NCBI GenBank assembly: GCA_951406725.2
Contig: OX597834.1
Coordinates: 27,590,001 to 27,654,000 of the forward strand
DNA length: 64,000 nucleotides
Source: Octopus vulgaris
Lineage: Eukaryota
Direction of reading: 5' to 3'
The notes under the pieces: generated by a model
What the model saw: only the letters and a program-made list of their open reading frames with translations
What the model was told of the DNA's origin: nothing
Database searches by the model: none
Position numbers and translations under genes: made by a program
Shown: positions 1 to 12,362 of the stretch, one piece after another
Layout: every line of letters begins with the position of its first letter
Position numbering within the stretch: position 1 is the first letter of the stretch

Positions 1-259
1 TGTGTGTGTATGTGTGTGTGTTTGTGTGTGTGTGTGTGTTTGAATGTATGTATATCTGATGCGTAGCTATTGTATACACTCACGTATCCCTACTTATTTT
101 CAGCATCATTTACGTATTTCACAGCATATCTGTGAAACCTGACAAATTCTCCATAATTCCATTGTAAACCCGCTTATCATTGCTCAACGACAAATTAATC
201 AGCGGCCATATTTAGTTGAAAAGTCACGTATCGATACACACACACACACACACACTCAA

Positions 260-295
<36 letters not shown>

Positions 296-347
296 GTATG
301 CACGCACGCAGACACACGTATAATATATGTGTGTATCTTTGTGTATC

Positions 348-391
<44 letters not shown>

Positions 392-525
392 GAAGCAACC
401 ACTGGATTCACTCTGTATAGTGTGTTTATGGTTAATACCGGTATGTAGACATTTGTGTACATATTCATCCGCTGGTGTCTGTACGTGTATTTGTGTTTGT
501 CTACATATATACATACATACATACA

Positions 526-558
<33 letters not shown>

Positions 559-601
559 TCATATACATATGTTCATACAAGAATACGCGCACATGCACAC
601 A

Positions 602-632
<31 letters not shown>

Positions 633-757
633 CAAACACAAACAAACAAACACACACACACACACACACAAATATATATATGCACAGAGAGAGAGAGGGG
701 GAGAGAGAGACAGAGAGAGTGTTAGATTTTTAATAGAGGAGAAATGACAGCGACATA

Positions 758-785
758 GACGTTTCGGCCCTCTAGCCTTCATCAG
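758..785 (-). ncRNA. Hammerhead-ribozyme-like motif (Penelope-type remnant)
   Basis: Minus strand CTGATGA-aGGC-tagagg-GCC-GAAAC-GTC: canonical core, stem II and GUC triplet; stem I degenerate. A decayed opposite-strand copy lies at ~790-817. Confidence 0.5.
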
Positions 786-1039
786 ACGGTTTGACGAACG
801 ATAGCAGGCCGAAACTTCAAAGTCACAATTAGTCGTCTGGTAAAACATTGGTAACCATGCTCTCTAATTCTTCAGTTAAATGTCAAATTGCTTTTATATA
901 CCACATGACACACATGGACACGGAAACACACACACACACACACACACACTCACACCCATCCACTCTCCTCGTACTTACACGCACACATACATGTATACAT
1001 CATTTGAAAGATACACACACACACACACACACATATATA

Positions 1040-1553
1040 TCTATATATATAAAACTGTAGTTGTGTGAGTGTCTGTCCCCTTCGATTTAGATTCCTAACT
1101 ACTCCCACATTTTGCGGTGCAGTTTAACCAAATTCGGGTATCTTATAGTCGTGATTAATATCGAGCCCGTCTGGGTATTAGCGCGCGTCTACGATGAGTC
1201 TACGATTTTAAAAATAATTTAACATAATTTTTTATTCCATGTTAATGCATAAATTTTTCGTGTGTCGATGGCGGCGGAGTTGGCGTCCATGGTCACACCT
1301 GCACCTGTTTGCTTTTCCCCCTTCTTCCCTCCCTCGTAAAGCTGTGGGGAAAGGAGTGTAAGGAAATCAATGTCGTAAAGCGTTGTCAAGGAGACCAGCG
1401 TTCTTTTAGAACAACGACTTCATGGCTTGAAGACACCAAAACAGAAATGGCTAAGAAAGCCCGAATTGGCATCTATAAGGGAAGTAACTCTCTAAAAATG
1501 CTTATATAGTTATTTCCCTTACAAACCCGAGCAACGCCGGGCGATACTGCTAG
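1040..1553 (+). mobile_element. Non-autonomous Helitron, copy 1
   Basis: 5' TC at 1040, 3' CTAG at 1550-1553, subterminal hairpin CCCGAGCAACGCCGGG, inserted between A and T without TSD; homologous to 13024-13523 and 24733-25131. Confidence 0.85.
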
Positions 1554-1913
1554 TATATATATACATATACATATATATATAAAACATATATGATATATGT
1601 AAAAAACACACATAGGTAGTCAGAGAGGGAAAGACAGAAAGAGAGAAAGAGAGAGAGAGAGAGAGAGAAGATCGTAAACTTCTTTTAACTCCTCTTAAAA
1701 TTTTTCAAAACGATAATTGTATTTTTGTGTATAATTAGTTAACCGCATTGTATTAATTCAGAAATATTGCCGCTTCTACGTTCCTAGGTCTTCATATATT
1801 GCTTCTCCAGTCTATACAACCGCAGTATCTTTTCCATTAGTGACATTTCGTACGTTCTTTTCCAAATGAGATATTATACATGTGTGTGCGAGATATAGAG
1901 AATACCAAACGAG

Positions 1914-2031
1914 TTCCCTATGGATACCGTATTTATTACAACGAGTGGCTTGTAAACGTATCTAACGAGCGAAAGCGAGTTAGATACGTGTACAAGCCAC
2001 TCGTTGTAATAAATACGGTATCCATAGGGAA
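1914..2031. repeat. Long hairpin (~53-bp arms) within an unclassified non-autonomous DNA element (~1865-2320)
   Basis: Arms 1914-1966 and 1979-2031 are reverse complements with 1 mismatch; loop GAGCGAAAGCGA. Confidence 0.85.
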
Positions 2032-2140
2032 TGAGTTTGATATTTTATTTATTACACACGAATAAACGACCATATTTTATTAACCCAATAACTAAATTCT
2101 TCACGTTTAGTTGTAACTTATGAATGACAAAAGTAGTGCC

Positions 2141-2244
2141 GTCACCGTGACCTCGGGTCATCACCATGGATTGACCAATCAGAAGCAGCGCTGTCACCGT
2201 GACCTCGGGTCATCACCATGGATTGACCAATCAGAAGCAGCGCT
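2141..2244. repeat. Perfect 2 x 52-bp tandem duplication containing a CCAAT box
   Basis: GTCACCGTGACCTCGGGTCATCACCATGGATTGACCAATCAGAAGCAGCGCT at 2141 and 2193. Confidence 0.9.
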
Positions 2245-2526
2245 CGCAGTATCTGACATATGTTAGATACCAAAAATATCTCAAAGTGTTCTCAGTCACA
2301 TGTGTGTAATAATGTCTTAAGTTATTCGCATACCTCATCCAGGACACTATTATTTTCATGGCAGTGCCCCAGTATGGCCACAGTCTAATGACTGAAATAA
2401 AGATAAAAGAATATAATTTTACGCTCTCGCTAGGAAAATTTCTATTTGCCGCTAGGGTTAGGGTTATGATTAAGTTTTATGTTTAGTGTTTACGGTTTGC
2501 GGTTATGGCTTACGGTTTACGATTCT

Positions 2527-2908
2527 GAAGCACTCCGTCGATTACGACGACGAGGGTTCTGGTTGATCCGAATCAACGGAACAGCCTGCTCGTGAAATTA
2601 ACGTGTAAGTGGCTGAGCACTCCAAAGACACGTGTACCCTTAACGTAGTTCTCGGGGATATTCAGCGTGACACAGAGAGTGACAAGGCCGGCCCTTTGAA
2701 ATACAGGTACAACAGAAACAGGAAGTAAGAGTGAGAGAAAGTTGTGGTGAAAGAGTACAGCAGGGATCACCACCATCTCCTGCCGGAGCCTCGTGGGGCT
2801 TTAGGTGTTTTCGCTCAATAAACACTCACAACGCTCGGTCTGGGAATCGAAACCGCGATCCTATGACCGCGAGTACGCTGCCCTAACCACTGGGCCATTG
2901 CGCCTCCA
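2527..2908 (-). mobile_element. tRNA-derived SINE family A (tail type 1), full length
   Basis: Head GGAGGCGCAATGGCCCAGTGGTTAGG...GGTTTCGATTCCC (Pol III A/B boxes); 13-bp TSD ACGGTTTACGATT at 2512-2524 and 2911-2923; near-identical to 28961-29345. Confidence 0.9.
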
Positions 2909-3360
2909 CAACGGTTTACGATTATAGCTATTCGGAAAGGAGAAATACTCGTTAAATTTCATCATATGAACTTTTTAAGTTTCTTTCATACGGTCGTAAT
3001 TGCCAATACCTAACTGAAATTTCTAAATGACGCGTTAAGTGATAAGGTGTATTGTACAATGCATATATTTTCATCATTTAATTGTTTCAGTCATTGGAAT
3101 GTGGCCACGCTGGATCATCGCCTTGAAAAGTTTTGTCGATCAAATAGACTTAACAGGTACTAAGGTTGATCCGTCCGACTTAAATTCATCACAGCGGTAA
3201 TCCAGCATGGCTGCTGTCTAACAAGTGAAAGAATTAAAAGATTAAAGCTAAAAGATAAAAGCTATGCCACAGAATCTTGCAAAACTAGACACCAATCGGG
3301 ACAGCAATATCTAAGCGTTATCTATGCTTAAGGTTATCTATGAAGAAAAACAGCCAATAT

Positions 3361-3593
3361 CTATTTCTTTGCTACCCACAAGGGGCTAAACACAGAGGAC
3401 AAACAAGGACAGACAAACGGATTAAGCCGATTTTATCGACCCCAGTGCGTAACTGGTACTTATTTAATCGACCCCGAAAGGATGAAAGGCAAAGTCGACC
3501 TCGGCGGAATTTGAACTCAGAACATAGCGGCAGACGAAATACCTCTAAGCATTTCGCCCGGCGGGCTAACGATTCTGCCAAGCTCGCCGCCCT
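3361..3593 (-). mobile_element. tRNA-derived SINE family B (Deu/Nin-like central domain)
   Basis: GGCGGCGAGC..GGCAGAA..GAGTTCAAATTCC head, GCCTTTCATCCTTTCGGGGTCGAT core; >10 copies in window. Confidence 0.85.
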
Positions 3594-3874
3594 AATAACA
3601 ACCAATATCAATGTATGTGTTCTCTAAAAACCACGAATCCACATATACTTTTCACTTTACTTGAATGAAGGACAAATCAGAATAGCGACACTAAGATATG
3701 AAATTTACAAACAAGCACAACAAATGTGTATTCCCACCATCGGCTGCCAAACGGATAACATTGTGCTTTTGACACCTTTTCTGTCCCATCCCATCCAGCA
3801 ATGTCAACAGCGTTGAAAACATAAACGCTGCCAGAGAATCAATAGTAATCAGTAAGCCTGAAACATTACACACA

Positions 3875-3929
<55 letters not shown>

Positions 3930-4371
3930 ACGTACACATACATGCATATTTATAGATATTTATAGACATATATCCCTTCATTTATAGGTACCAGTCTTGA
4001 AATTTTAGGGACTGATACTAGTTAAAGACAGTAACCCCAGTGCTTGAGTGGTTCTATATTTTATTCGACCTGAAAGGATGACAGACAGAGACAACCCCAG
4101 CAGAATTTGAACTAAAAGCCAAAAGAAAGAACGTTGCTAAGCATTTTGTCTGGTGTGCAACGATCGTACCAGGTCACCTATACATATTTCAGGTCACTTC
4201 TTACTGCTGCTCGTTGCATATAACGCAGTATAACCTGTCACATGGTCGGGTTGTCAACAACTAAACGGAGAAACCTACGAATAAAAAAGCAAGACCCGTT
4301 AAAGAGCAGAGGAAATACTGTGTGTCAACGGCCATCCGAATGAAGTGTGCTGTTCATCAGTCTCGTGACAT

Positions 4372-4788
4372 ACCTATTTCTTTATTACCCACAAGGGGCT
4401 AAACACAGAGGGAACAAACAAGGTCAGACATAGGTATTAAGTCGATTACATCGACCCCAGTTCGTAACTGGTACTTAATTTATCGACCCCAAAAGGATGA
4501 AAGGCAAAGTCGACCTCGGCGGAATTTGAACTCACAACGTAACGCAGACGAAATACCTATTTCTTTATTACCCACAAGGGGCTAAACATAGAGGGGACAA
4601 ACAAGGACAGACATAGGTATTGAGTCGATTACATCGACCTCAGTGCGTAACTGGTACTTAATTTATCGACCCCGAAAGGATGAAAGGCAAAGTCGACCTC
4701 GGCGGAATTTGAACTCACAACGTAATGATAGACGAAGTACGGCTACGCATTTCGCCCGGCGTGCTAACGTTTCTGCCAGCTCGCCGCC
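4372..4788 (-). mobile_element. SINE family B head-to-tail dimer
   Basis: One head, two bodies; flanked by 14-bp direct repeat CTCGTGACATACCT (4362-4375, 4788-4801). Confidence 0.9.
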
Positions 4789-5461
4789 TCGTGACATACC
4801 TGCATCGACTATTGTTATCAACAGTGACAAAGTGTGAAAGGACACATACAAATCATTATATTTCTACAGAAATAAATATGTGGGCTGTCCAAGAAATTTG
4901 CTTACTCCGATTTTTATCAAGCTCATCTTGAAAAAGAAAATAAAAGGGGAGAAAAAGTAAAGTTCTTTGACCCTCGTCGAATAGGTGAGCGTCCAACAAA
5001 AATACATAATACATACATACATGCATACAGAGAGGTCGATAAATAGATAAATAGATTGATAGATAGATAGATAGATAAAGAGGTAGATAGACAAATAGAA
5101 AGATATGTATACATATATACACACATACATACATACATATAAGTATATACTTTATATATATATATATATATACATATATATAGATATATAGATGCATACA
5201 TACATACACACACATACATACATACATACATACATACATACATACATACATACGTACGTACGTACATACATACATACATACATACATACATACATACGTA
5301 CATACATACATACATACATACATACATACATACATACATACATACATACATACATGCACATATGGGTTTGTGTATATATAACGATATCTGTTTATGGGCG
5401 TTTGTACGCTTGTGTTTGTATCAAGGGGAGAAAAAGAAGAAGCTTAGGTTCTTCGCGAATC

Positions 5462-5571
5462 GGTTTGCCACAAGGCTTTGGTCTGCCCGAGGCTATAGTA
5501 GAAGACACATGCCCAAGGTGCCACACAGTGCGACTGAACCCGGAACCATGCGGTTGGTAAGCAAGCTACTT
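5462..5571 (-). mobile_element. SINE family C, partial head
   Basis: Matches the 5' part of 28302-28725 in reverse. Confidence 0.75.
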
Positions 5572-5595
5572 GTGTATAGACACACATATATATAT

Positions 5596-5666
<71 letters not shown>

Positions 5667-5685
5667 CTTACTGCTAGAAGTCGCC

Positions 5686-5716
<31 letters not shown>

Positions 5717-5786
5717 ATGTGTGTGTGTGTAAGCCCTGTGTGTGTGTGTGTGTGATATTAAAATTAATATTAATTTATCTCTATTA

Positions 5787-5860
<74 letters not shown>

Positions 5861-5878
5861 GTGTGTGTGTGTATATAT

Positions 5879-6014
5879 GGCGCTCAGGAATATAAATAAA
5901 ACAAGTCTTTTACGTTTCGAGCCTACGCTCTTCAACAGAAAGATGCACAGAAAAGAAACACGGAGAGAAACAAGGAGAGAAAAAAAATGCGTGCAGAAGC
6001 TAGCGATTCAACAT

Positions 6015-6017
<3 letters not shown>
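5879..6017 (-). mobile_element. Penelope-like terminal repeat family D with hammerhead-like motif (5906-5943)
   Basis: Minus: TCTTT-CTGTTGA-A-GAGC-gtag-GCTC-GAAAC-GTA-AAAGA; homologous to 30630-30806, 41514-41690 and 44670-44865; beside (TA)n. Confidence 0.65.
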
Positions 6018-6058
<41 letters not shown>

Positions 6059-6477
6059 TTTATTTGTGCGTGTGTATGTATATATATATATATATATGCA
6101 TGTGTATATCACTATTTTATCACCAACACACAATCATAAGAGTGCGTCTGTGTGTGCGAGTCGTTTTTACGCATGACTATACGCAAATGATTCGCTGGAT
6201 CTATAATTACAAAAGGGTTACGTAAAGTGAGTATGATGACGGTGGTTTAGAATCTCGTATACGATTTTAGCGGGAAATATAGCTACGACAGCGATAAGAT
6301 GCATCACTGAATTATGACGTCAGCACGGAATATCTACGACAATCTCCAGTAACGGCGACGACCACGACGACCACGACCACCACGACAGAAACATAAGCAG
6401 CTGCAATGACTGCAGCAAAGCAGGAACAACGCAAAATTTTACGCTTTGTTCCTCTCTCACTTTCTCTGTCTCTCTCT

Positions 6478-7330
6478 CCCCTCTCTTTCTCCCTCCCTCT
6501 ATCAACCTAGCTACTTTGTTTTCGCTCTCTCTCTCTCTCTCTCCCCCTCTCTTTCTCCCTTCCTCTATCAACCTAGCTACTTTGTTTTCGCTCTCTCTCT
6601 CTCTCTCCCCTCTCTCTCTCCCTCCCTCTATCAACCTAGCTACTTTGTTTTCGCTCTCTCTCTCTCTCTCTCTCCCCTCTCTTTCTCCCTCCCTCTATCA
6701 ACCTAGCTACTTTGTTTTCGCTCTCTCTCTCTCTCTCCCCTCTCTTTCTCCCTCCCTCTATCAACCTAGCTACTTTGTTTTCGCTCTCTCTCTCTCTCTC
6801 TCTATCCCCTCTCTTTCTCCCTCCCTCTATCAACCTAGCTACTTTGTTTTCGCTCTCTCTCTCTCTCTCTCTCTCTCCCCTCTCTTTCTCCCTCCCTCTA
6901 TCAACCTAGCTACTTTGTTTTCGCTCTCTCTCTCTCTCTCCCTCTCTTTCTCCCTCCCTCTGTCAACCTAGCTACTTTGTTTTCGCTCTCTCTCTCTCTC
7001 TCTCTCTCTCCCCTCTCTTTCTCCCTCCCTCTATCAACCTAGCTACTTTGTTTTCGCTCTCTCTCTCTCTCTCTCTTCCCTCTCTTTCTCCCTCCCTCTA
7101 TCAACCTAGCTACTTTGTTTTCGCTCTCTCTCTCTCTCTCTCCCCTCTCTTTCTCCCTCCCTCTATCAACATAGCTACTTTGTTTTCGCTCTCTCTCTCT
7201 CTCTCTCTCTATCCCCTCTCTTTCTCCCTCCCTCTATCAACCTAGCTACTTTGTTTTCGCTCTCTCTCTCTCTCTCTCTCTCTCCCCTCTCTTTCTCCCT
7301 CCCTCTATCAACCTAGCTACTTTGTTTTCG

Positions 7331-7355
<25 letters not shown>
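6478..7355. repeat. Minisatellite, 13 units of ~62-72 bp
   Basis: Constant CTCTTTCTCCCTCCCTCTATCAACCTAGCTACTTTGTTTTCG plus variable-length (CT)n. Confidence 0.95.
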
Positions 7356-7361
<6 letters not shown>

Positions 7362-7736
7362 TCTCTGCCTGTCTCTGTCTCTCTCTGTGTCTCTGTCTCT
7401 CTTTCTATGTATATATATATGTGTGTGCATGTGTGTACACACAGACACATAGTTGCACACACTTGCACACACATGCATAAAACGTGTAAATACACGAAAC
7501 AAGCAGGGAAGAGTGAACGAGAGAGACTGCAACATGACCACTTGACCTTCTAGAAATAGCAACCGAATCACCCTCGATTTCACATCGTTCAGTTTTCTAT
7601 AACGAATAGACTTATCAGACGTTGCCGTCCTACAGACTTTTAGAAGGTGGAAGTGGCCATGGATGGAACGCCTTTGCTGATAGTTCTGTTTCATCAAGAA
7701 TGACCGGGAGATAGAAGGAACCAAAGAACTCTGCAT

Positions 7737-7839
7737 TTTATTATTATTATTATTATTATTTCTTCTTCTTCTTCTTCTTCTTCTTCTTCTTCTTCTTCTT
7801 CTTTTTCTTCTTCTTCTTCTTCTTCTTTTTCTTCTTTTT

Positions 7840-7934
<95 letters not shown>

Positions 7935-7986
7935 CATTATTATTTATTATTATTATCATCATCATCATCATCATCATCATCATTAT
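7737..7986. repeat. Compound (TTA)n/(CTT)n/(ATC)n microsatellite
   Basis: Direct reading. Confidence 0.95.
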
Positions 7987-8062
7987 TCAGGTCACTACCT
8001 GGAATCCAACTGGGAATCCTGGGGTTAGTGGCCCGCGCTCTTAACCACTACGCCATATGCCC
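7986..8062 (-). mobile_element. Very short tRNA-derived SINE / tRNA pseudogene
   Basis: GGGCATATGGCGTAGTGGTTAAG...GTTGGATTCC...GACCTGAA followed by simple-repeat tail; second copy at 8540-8616. Confidence 0.7.
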
Positions 8063-8429
8063 GTATCATAATCATCATCGTTGTCGTCGTCATCTTTAGC
8101 ATCATCAAAACATCATCATCGTCATCATCATCATCGTCATCATCATCATCATCATCATTATCATCATTGGCACAACTGTTTCCGCGTCGGACTAGATGTC
8201 TTGAGGTGATTGTTCCATCATTACATTCTGAATTCAAATTTCGCCGAGGTCAACTCTGCATTTCATCCTTTCGGGTTTCAATGAAAAAAGTACTAGCTGA
8301 GCACTGAGGTCGATGTAATAGACTTACTCACCTCCCCACAAATTGCTGGCCTCGTACCAAAATTTGAAAGACGGCATGCACTGCTCTCTCACTCAATAAT
8401 ACAAATAATCCTAATTATTATTAGTATTC

Positions 8430-8470
8430 TTGAGTGAGAGAGCAGTGCATGCCGTCAAAGTGACACTTGG

Positions 8471-8545
<75 letters not shown>

Positions 8546-9032
8546 TCACTGCCTGGAATCGAACTGGGAATCTTGGGGTTAGTAGCACGCGCTCTTAACC
8601 ACTACGCCATATGCCCGTATCATAATCATCGTTGATTATGATACGAAGCCCAATATACCCATCATGACCACTCGCTGATGAGGGTACACCAGGCACATGC
8701 AACACAACATTATATGCGCGACATGGTAATTTTTTATCAAGATAAACAGCGCATGACCTTGCAGGTGGGACCCAGTTAGAATTTTCTTCAGGTCGAGTAG
8801 CTAACCCTGCTGAAAAGGTTCTTGAAGAAGAGTTGTTAAAGGATGACGAATGAAACACCCATGTTTCCCAGAAGTGAATTAACCAAACCCCCAAAAATTA
8901 CCCCTCAACACATGGCCATCATGTTCCCTCACTACTTCTGCTGGTGATCAGAGATGTGCATATCGTCAGCCACCAAGGAAGATGCTCAACTGGTGAGAGC
9001 CAAACAACTGACAAGATAATCTGTGGTATTTG
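8430..9032 (-). mobile_element. Unclassified interspersed repeat family E (probable retroposon 3' end with TAA-like tail), interrupted
   Basis: Collinear homology with 58302-58838; interrupted at ~8475-8640 by (TTA)n and a short tRNA-SINE. Confidence 0.75.
8540..8616 (-). mobile_element. Very short tRNA-derived SINE with (TAA)n tail
   Basis: A box TGGCGTAGTGG, B box GTTCGATTC; acceptor stem does not pair; directly followed by (TAA)n. Confidence 0.72.
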
Positions 9033-9041
9033 AACTCACGA

Positions 9042-9272
9042 GGTGAGCTGGCAGACACGTTAGCACGCCGGGCGAAATGCTTAGCGGTATTTCGTCTGCG
9101 TTACGTTGTGAGTTCAAATTCCGCCGAGGTCGACTTTGCCTTTCATCCTTTCGGGGTCGATAAATTAAGTACCAGTTACGCACTGGGGTCGATGTAATCG
9201 ACTTAATACCTATGTCTGTCCTTGTTTGTCCCCTCTGTGTTTAGCCCCTTGTGGGTAATAAAGAAATAGGTA
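9042..9272 (+). mobile_element. SINE family B inserted at the head of an older tRNA-SINE (~9276-9560)
   Basis: 17-bp TSD GGTATTTGAACTCACGA at 9025-9041 and 9269-9285. Confidence 0.88.
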
Positions 9273-9650
9273 TTTGAACTCACGATCGTGAGGTCGTGGT
9301 TTCAATTCCTAGACCGGGTGGTGCATTGCGTTCTTGAGCAAAACACTTCATCTCACGTTACTCTGCGATCACTGCGACACCTGACGCGTGGCACACCGTG
9401 CACCTGTTCAGGTAACGTCGATTATTTGATGGAAGAGTATGCTCATGTACGGCACACATATTTGATCTCTTTAAACAAACCATTTGTGCAGGTCGTTCAA
9501 CAAAAACTGAATACTCATATTCTAGGTGCAATCCTTATTGTCAGTCATGACCGAAGAGGGTCTCATGTTGTTGTTGTTATTGTTATCATCGTCGTTGTTG
9601 TTGTTGCTATTGTTATCATCGTCGTTGTTGTTGTTGTTGCTATTGTTATT

Positions 9651-9870
9651 AAGGCGGCGAGCTGGCAGAATCACTAGCGCGTCTGAAGAAATGCTTAGGG
9701 GGTGTTTCGTCTGTCGCTACGTTCTGAGTTCAAATGCCGCTGAGGTCGACTTTACATTTCATCTTTCGGGCTCGATAAATTAAGTACCAGTTGCGTACTG
9801 GGGTCGATGAGGTCGACTGTTCCTCTCCCCAGAAACATCCACACCATGTGCCTATAGGAGAAAGGATTAT
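9651..9870 (+). mobile_element. SINE family B, diverged subfamily
   Basis: AAGGCGGCGAGCTGGCAGAATC head, same core, different tail; related copies at ~8170-8370, 17511-17730 and 58849-58955. Confidence 0.8.
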
Positions 9871-9919
9871 CATTACTATTTTTGTTGTGGTGCGGGCAAG
9901 TGGATTATAGCAGTTATTA

Positions 9920-10189
9920 TCATTATAATCATCATCAGTATCCCCCTCTTCCTCCTCCTCATCATCATCCTTATCATTAGCAATTGCAGCAGCAGCAGCA
10001 GCAGTAATAGTAGTAGTAGTAACAGCAGCAGCAGCAATAGCAACAACAGCAGCAGTAGTAGTAGTAGTAGCAGTAGTAGTAGTAGTAGTAGTAGTGGTAT
10101 TGATTATATTAATATTATGTTGATTATTAGAGTTGTAGTGATGATGGTACTGATAATGATGATGAGGACGAAGTTGTTGTTGTTGTTGT

Positions 10190-10223
<34 letters not shown>

Positions 10224-10232
10224 GGTGCTGCT

Positions 10233-10308
<76 letters not shown>

Positions 10309-10706
10309 GTGATAATAGTGGTGGTGGTGGTGGTGGTGCTTGTGGTGGTGGTGGTGCTGATGATGATTACAACAAAGATGACGTTGATGTCTTTGATGAC
10401 AATGGCGATGACGATGATGGTAATGATGACGATGATAATGATGACGATGATGGTAATGATGATGATGATGATGATGACGACGACAATGATGATGATGATG
10501 ATGATGATGATAATGTTGATGATGATAATAATGGATCTAAAATTGATGATACTGATAGTTATAGATACGACAGCAGTATCAGAGTGAACCGTGGAAGCTA
10601 TAGAAGAGTTTTGATGATGGAATAATGATATTTCTCTGACGAAAATAGCTGAAGAATAAATGAACGAGAAGATAAAGAAAAGAGAGGAGAAGGTTCAAGG
10701 TACCGA

Positions 10707-10753
<47 letters not shown>

Positions 10754-11120
10754 AGAAAAGGAGAGGTGAAAGAGAGCTATATGAATTAATGAGAAGATGG
10801 CGGAAAACCCACAATAGATTGTTGTCGTCTGGTGAAGAGGTAGTCCAATATGTGTGTAGGTAGTAGTGGATTTGAGAACGAGGCTTTTGAATGTCTCGTA
10901 GTGAGTAGAAAACAGAGTGAGAAGGAGGGAAAAGAGAGCGGCGAGAAGAGAGGCGGGGGAGAGGGTTAATTGTAGTCGTTGTAGTGGTTGTGGTGGTGGT
11001 GGTGGTGGACGAATAAGTGGTGGTAGTGTTGGTGGTGGTGGTGGTGTTGGTGGTGCTGATGATGATGGTGGAATAGAAATGTGCAAGTATATTAGGGCGA
11101 TAGAAGTGAGCAACAGCCGT

Positions 11121-11188
<68 letters not shown>

Positions 11189-11270
11189 TGTTGTTGTAAT
11201 TGTTGTTGTTGTTGTGCTTTTTGTTGTTGTTCTTGTTGTTCTTGTTCTTGTACATGTTTCGACGTCAGTA
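9920..11270. repeat. Trinucleotide microsatellite field (CAG/TAG/GAT/GGT/GTT, plus GA) with short unique islands
   Basis: Direct reading. Confidence 0.9.
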
Positions 11271-12230
11271 GCGATGTATTTTGTTGCGACGGTGGTAGCA
11301 GCGGTATGAGCAGCAGTTGCAACAATCCATGCACTAGGGACAGGAACATTAGCAACAACAACAACTTAAGCAATAATAACTAAAAGCATCGGCAGCAGGA
11401 ATGACAACAACAACAACAACACCAACATTAGCAACAATATCAGCTGCAAACATGGTTGTTGATGCTGAGGTATGCTAACGGCAACAAGTGCAGCAATAAC
11501 GATAACAACAGCTGCGACATTAACAACAAAACCATCAGCAACAGTGGCTATAACAACGGCAGTAGCAGCAATGACATTAGCAACATTAGCAGTCGTTGTA
11601 GCTACACTCAGTGCAAACTCCCGTTAGCAACAATAGTTATAAGAACAGCAGTAGAAGCAACAAGAACACTAGAAACAATACCAACTTCAACAATGTTTGC
11701 TTTAGCTGACAAGTGCAAAGCAACAATCATAAAACAAAAACGAAATAATATAAAATAAAATAACTAACAGTAACAAAAGCATTGACCACAGCTGCACCAA
11801 TTGCCGCTCCTCAGAGCTTGACAAAATTATTTAATATTCGCCAAAATCCCTTAGGAACTGAAGGAATTACTGCGTTCATCTCCATCTTCAACTTCTCAGA
11901 TCAACGCTACCCCTTCGCCAGAATTTAGACAATTATTATTTTCTGATAAAAATCTTTATACCACGAGGAAAATCAACCCCATACAAACCTACTACACTTC
12001 TTTACAAACCCTAAAGCATCTTGCTTGATATTCCTTGCTAATTCTTGCCCACACATTTTCCTTTCGAAATCACAAAATGGAAATTAGAAACCCCTGCTCT
12101 CAACCACTACACTAATCCCGAACCTAACAGAAAGGGAGACGTGAGGCTTTTGCAACAACGTAACTACCCGTACTCTTTTAATTGCAAACAACAATAGAAA
12201 CAACAATTCTATTTCCTGTTATCTGTTTAG

Positions 12231-12362
12231 ATTAGGTTGTCCCAAAAGTTCGTAAACACTTGCGAAAATTGAATTTTTACTCTCCAAGATCTAACAAAAA
12301 CAACAAAAATTATTCCTCAAAATAAAGACATTTATGTTTACGCACTTTTGGGACAACCTTAT
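12231..12362. mobile_element. Tc1/mariner-type MITE
   Basis: ~25-bp TIRs AGGTTGTCCCAAAAGTTCGTAAACA (12234-12258) and TGTTTACGCACTTTTGGGACAACCT (12335-12359). Confidence 0.8.

Noticed and set aside
2453-2520. Telomeric TTAGGG array
   Set aside because: Only about two perfect units, then degenerate; probably part of an interspersed repeat.
6478-7355. CRISPR-like repeat/spacer periodicity
   Set aside because: The 'spacers' are just (CT)n, there are no cas genes, and the context is eukaryotic.
8540-8616. Functional tRNA gene
   Set aside because: The acceptor stem does not pair and there is no poly-T terminator; it runs into (TAA)n like a retroposon.
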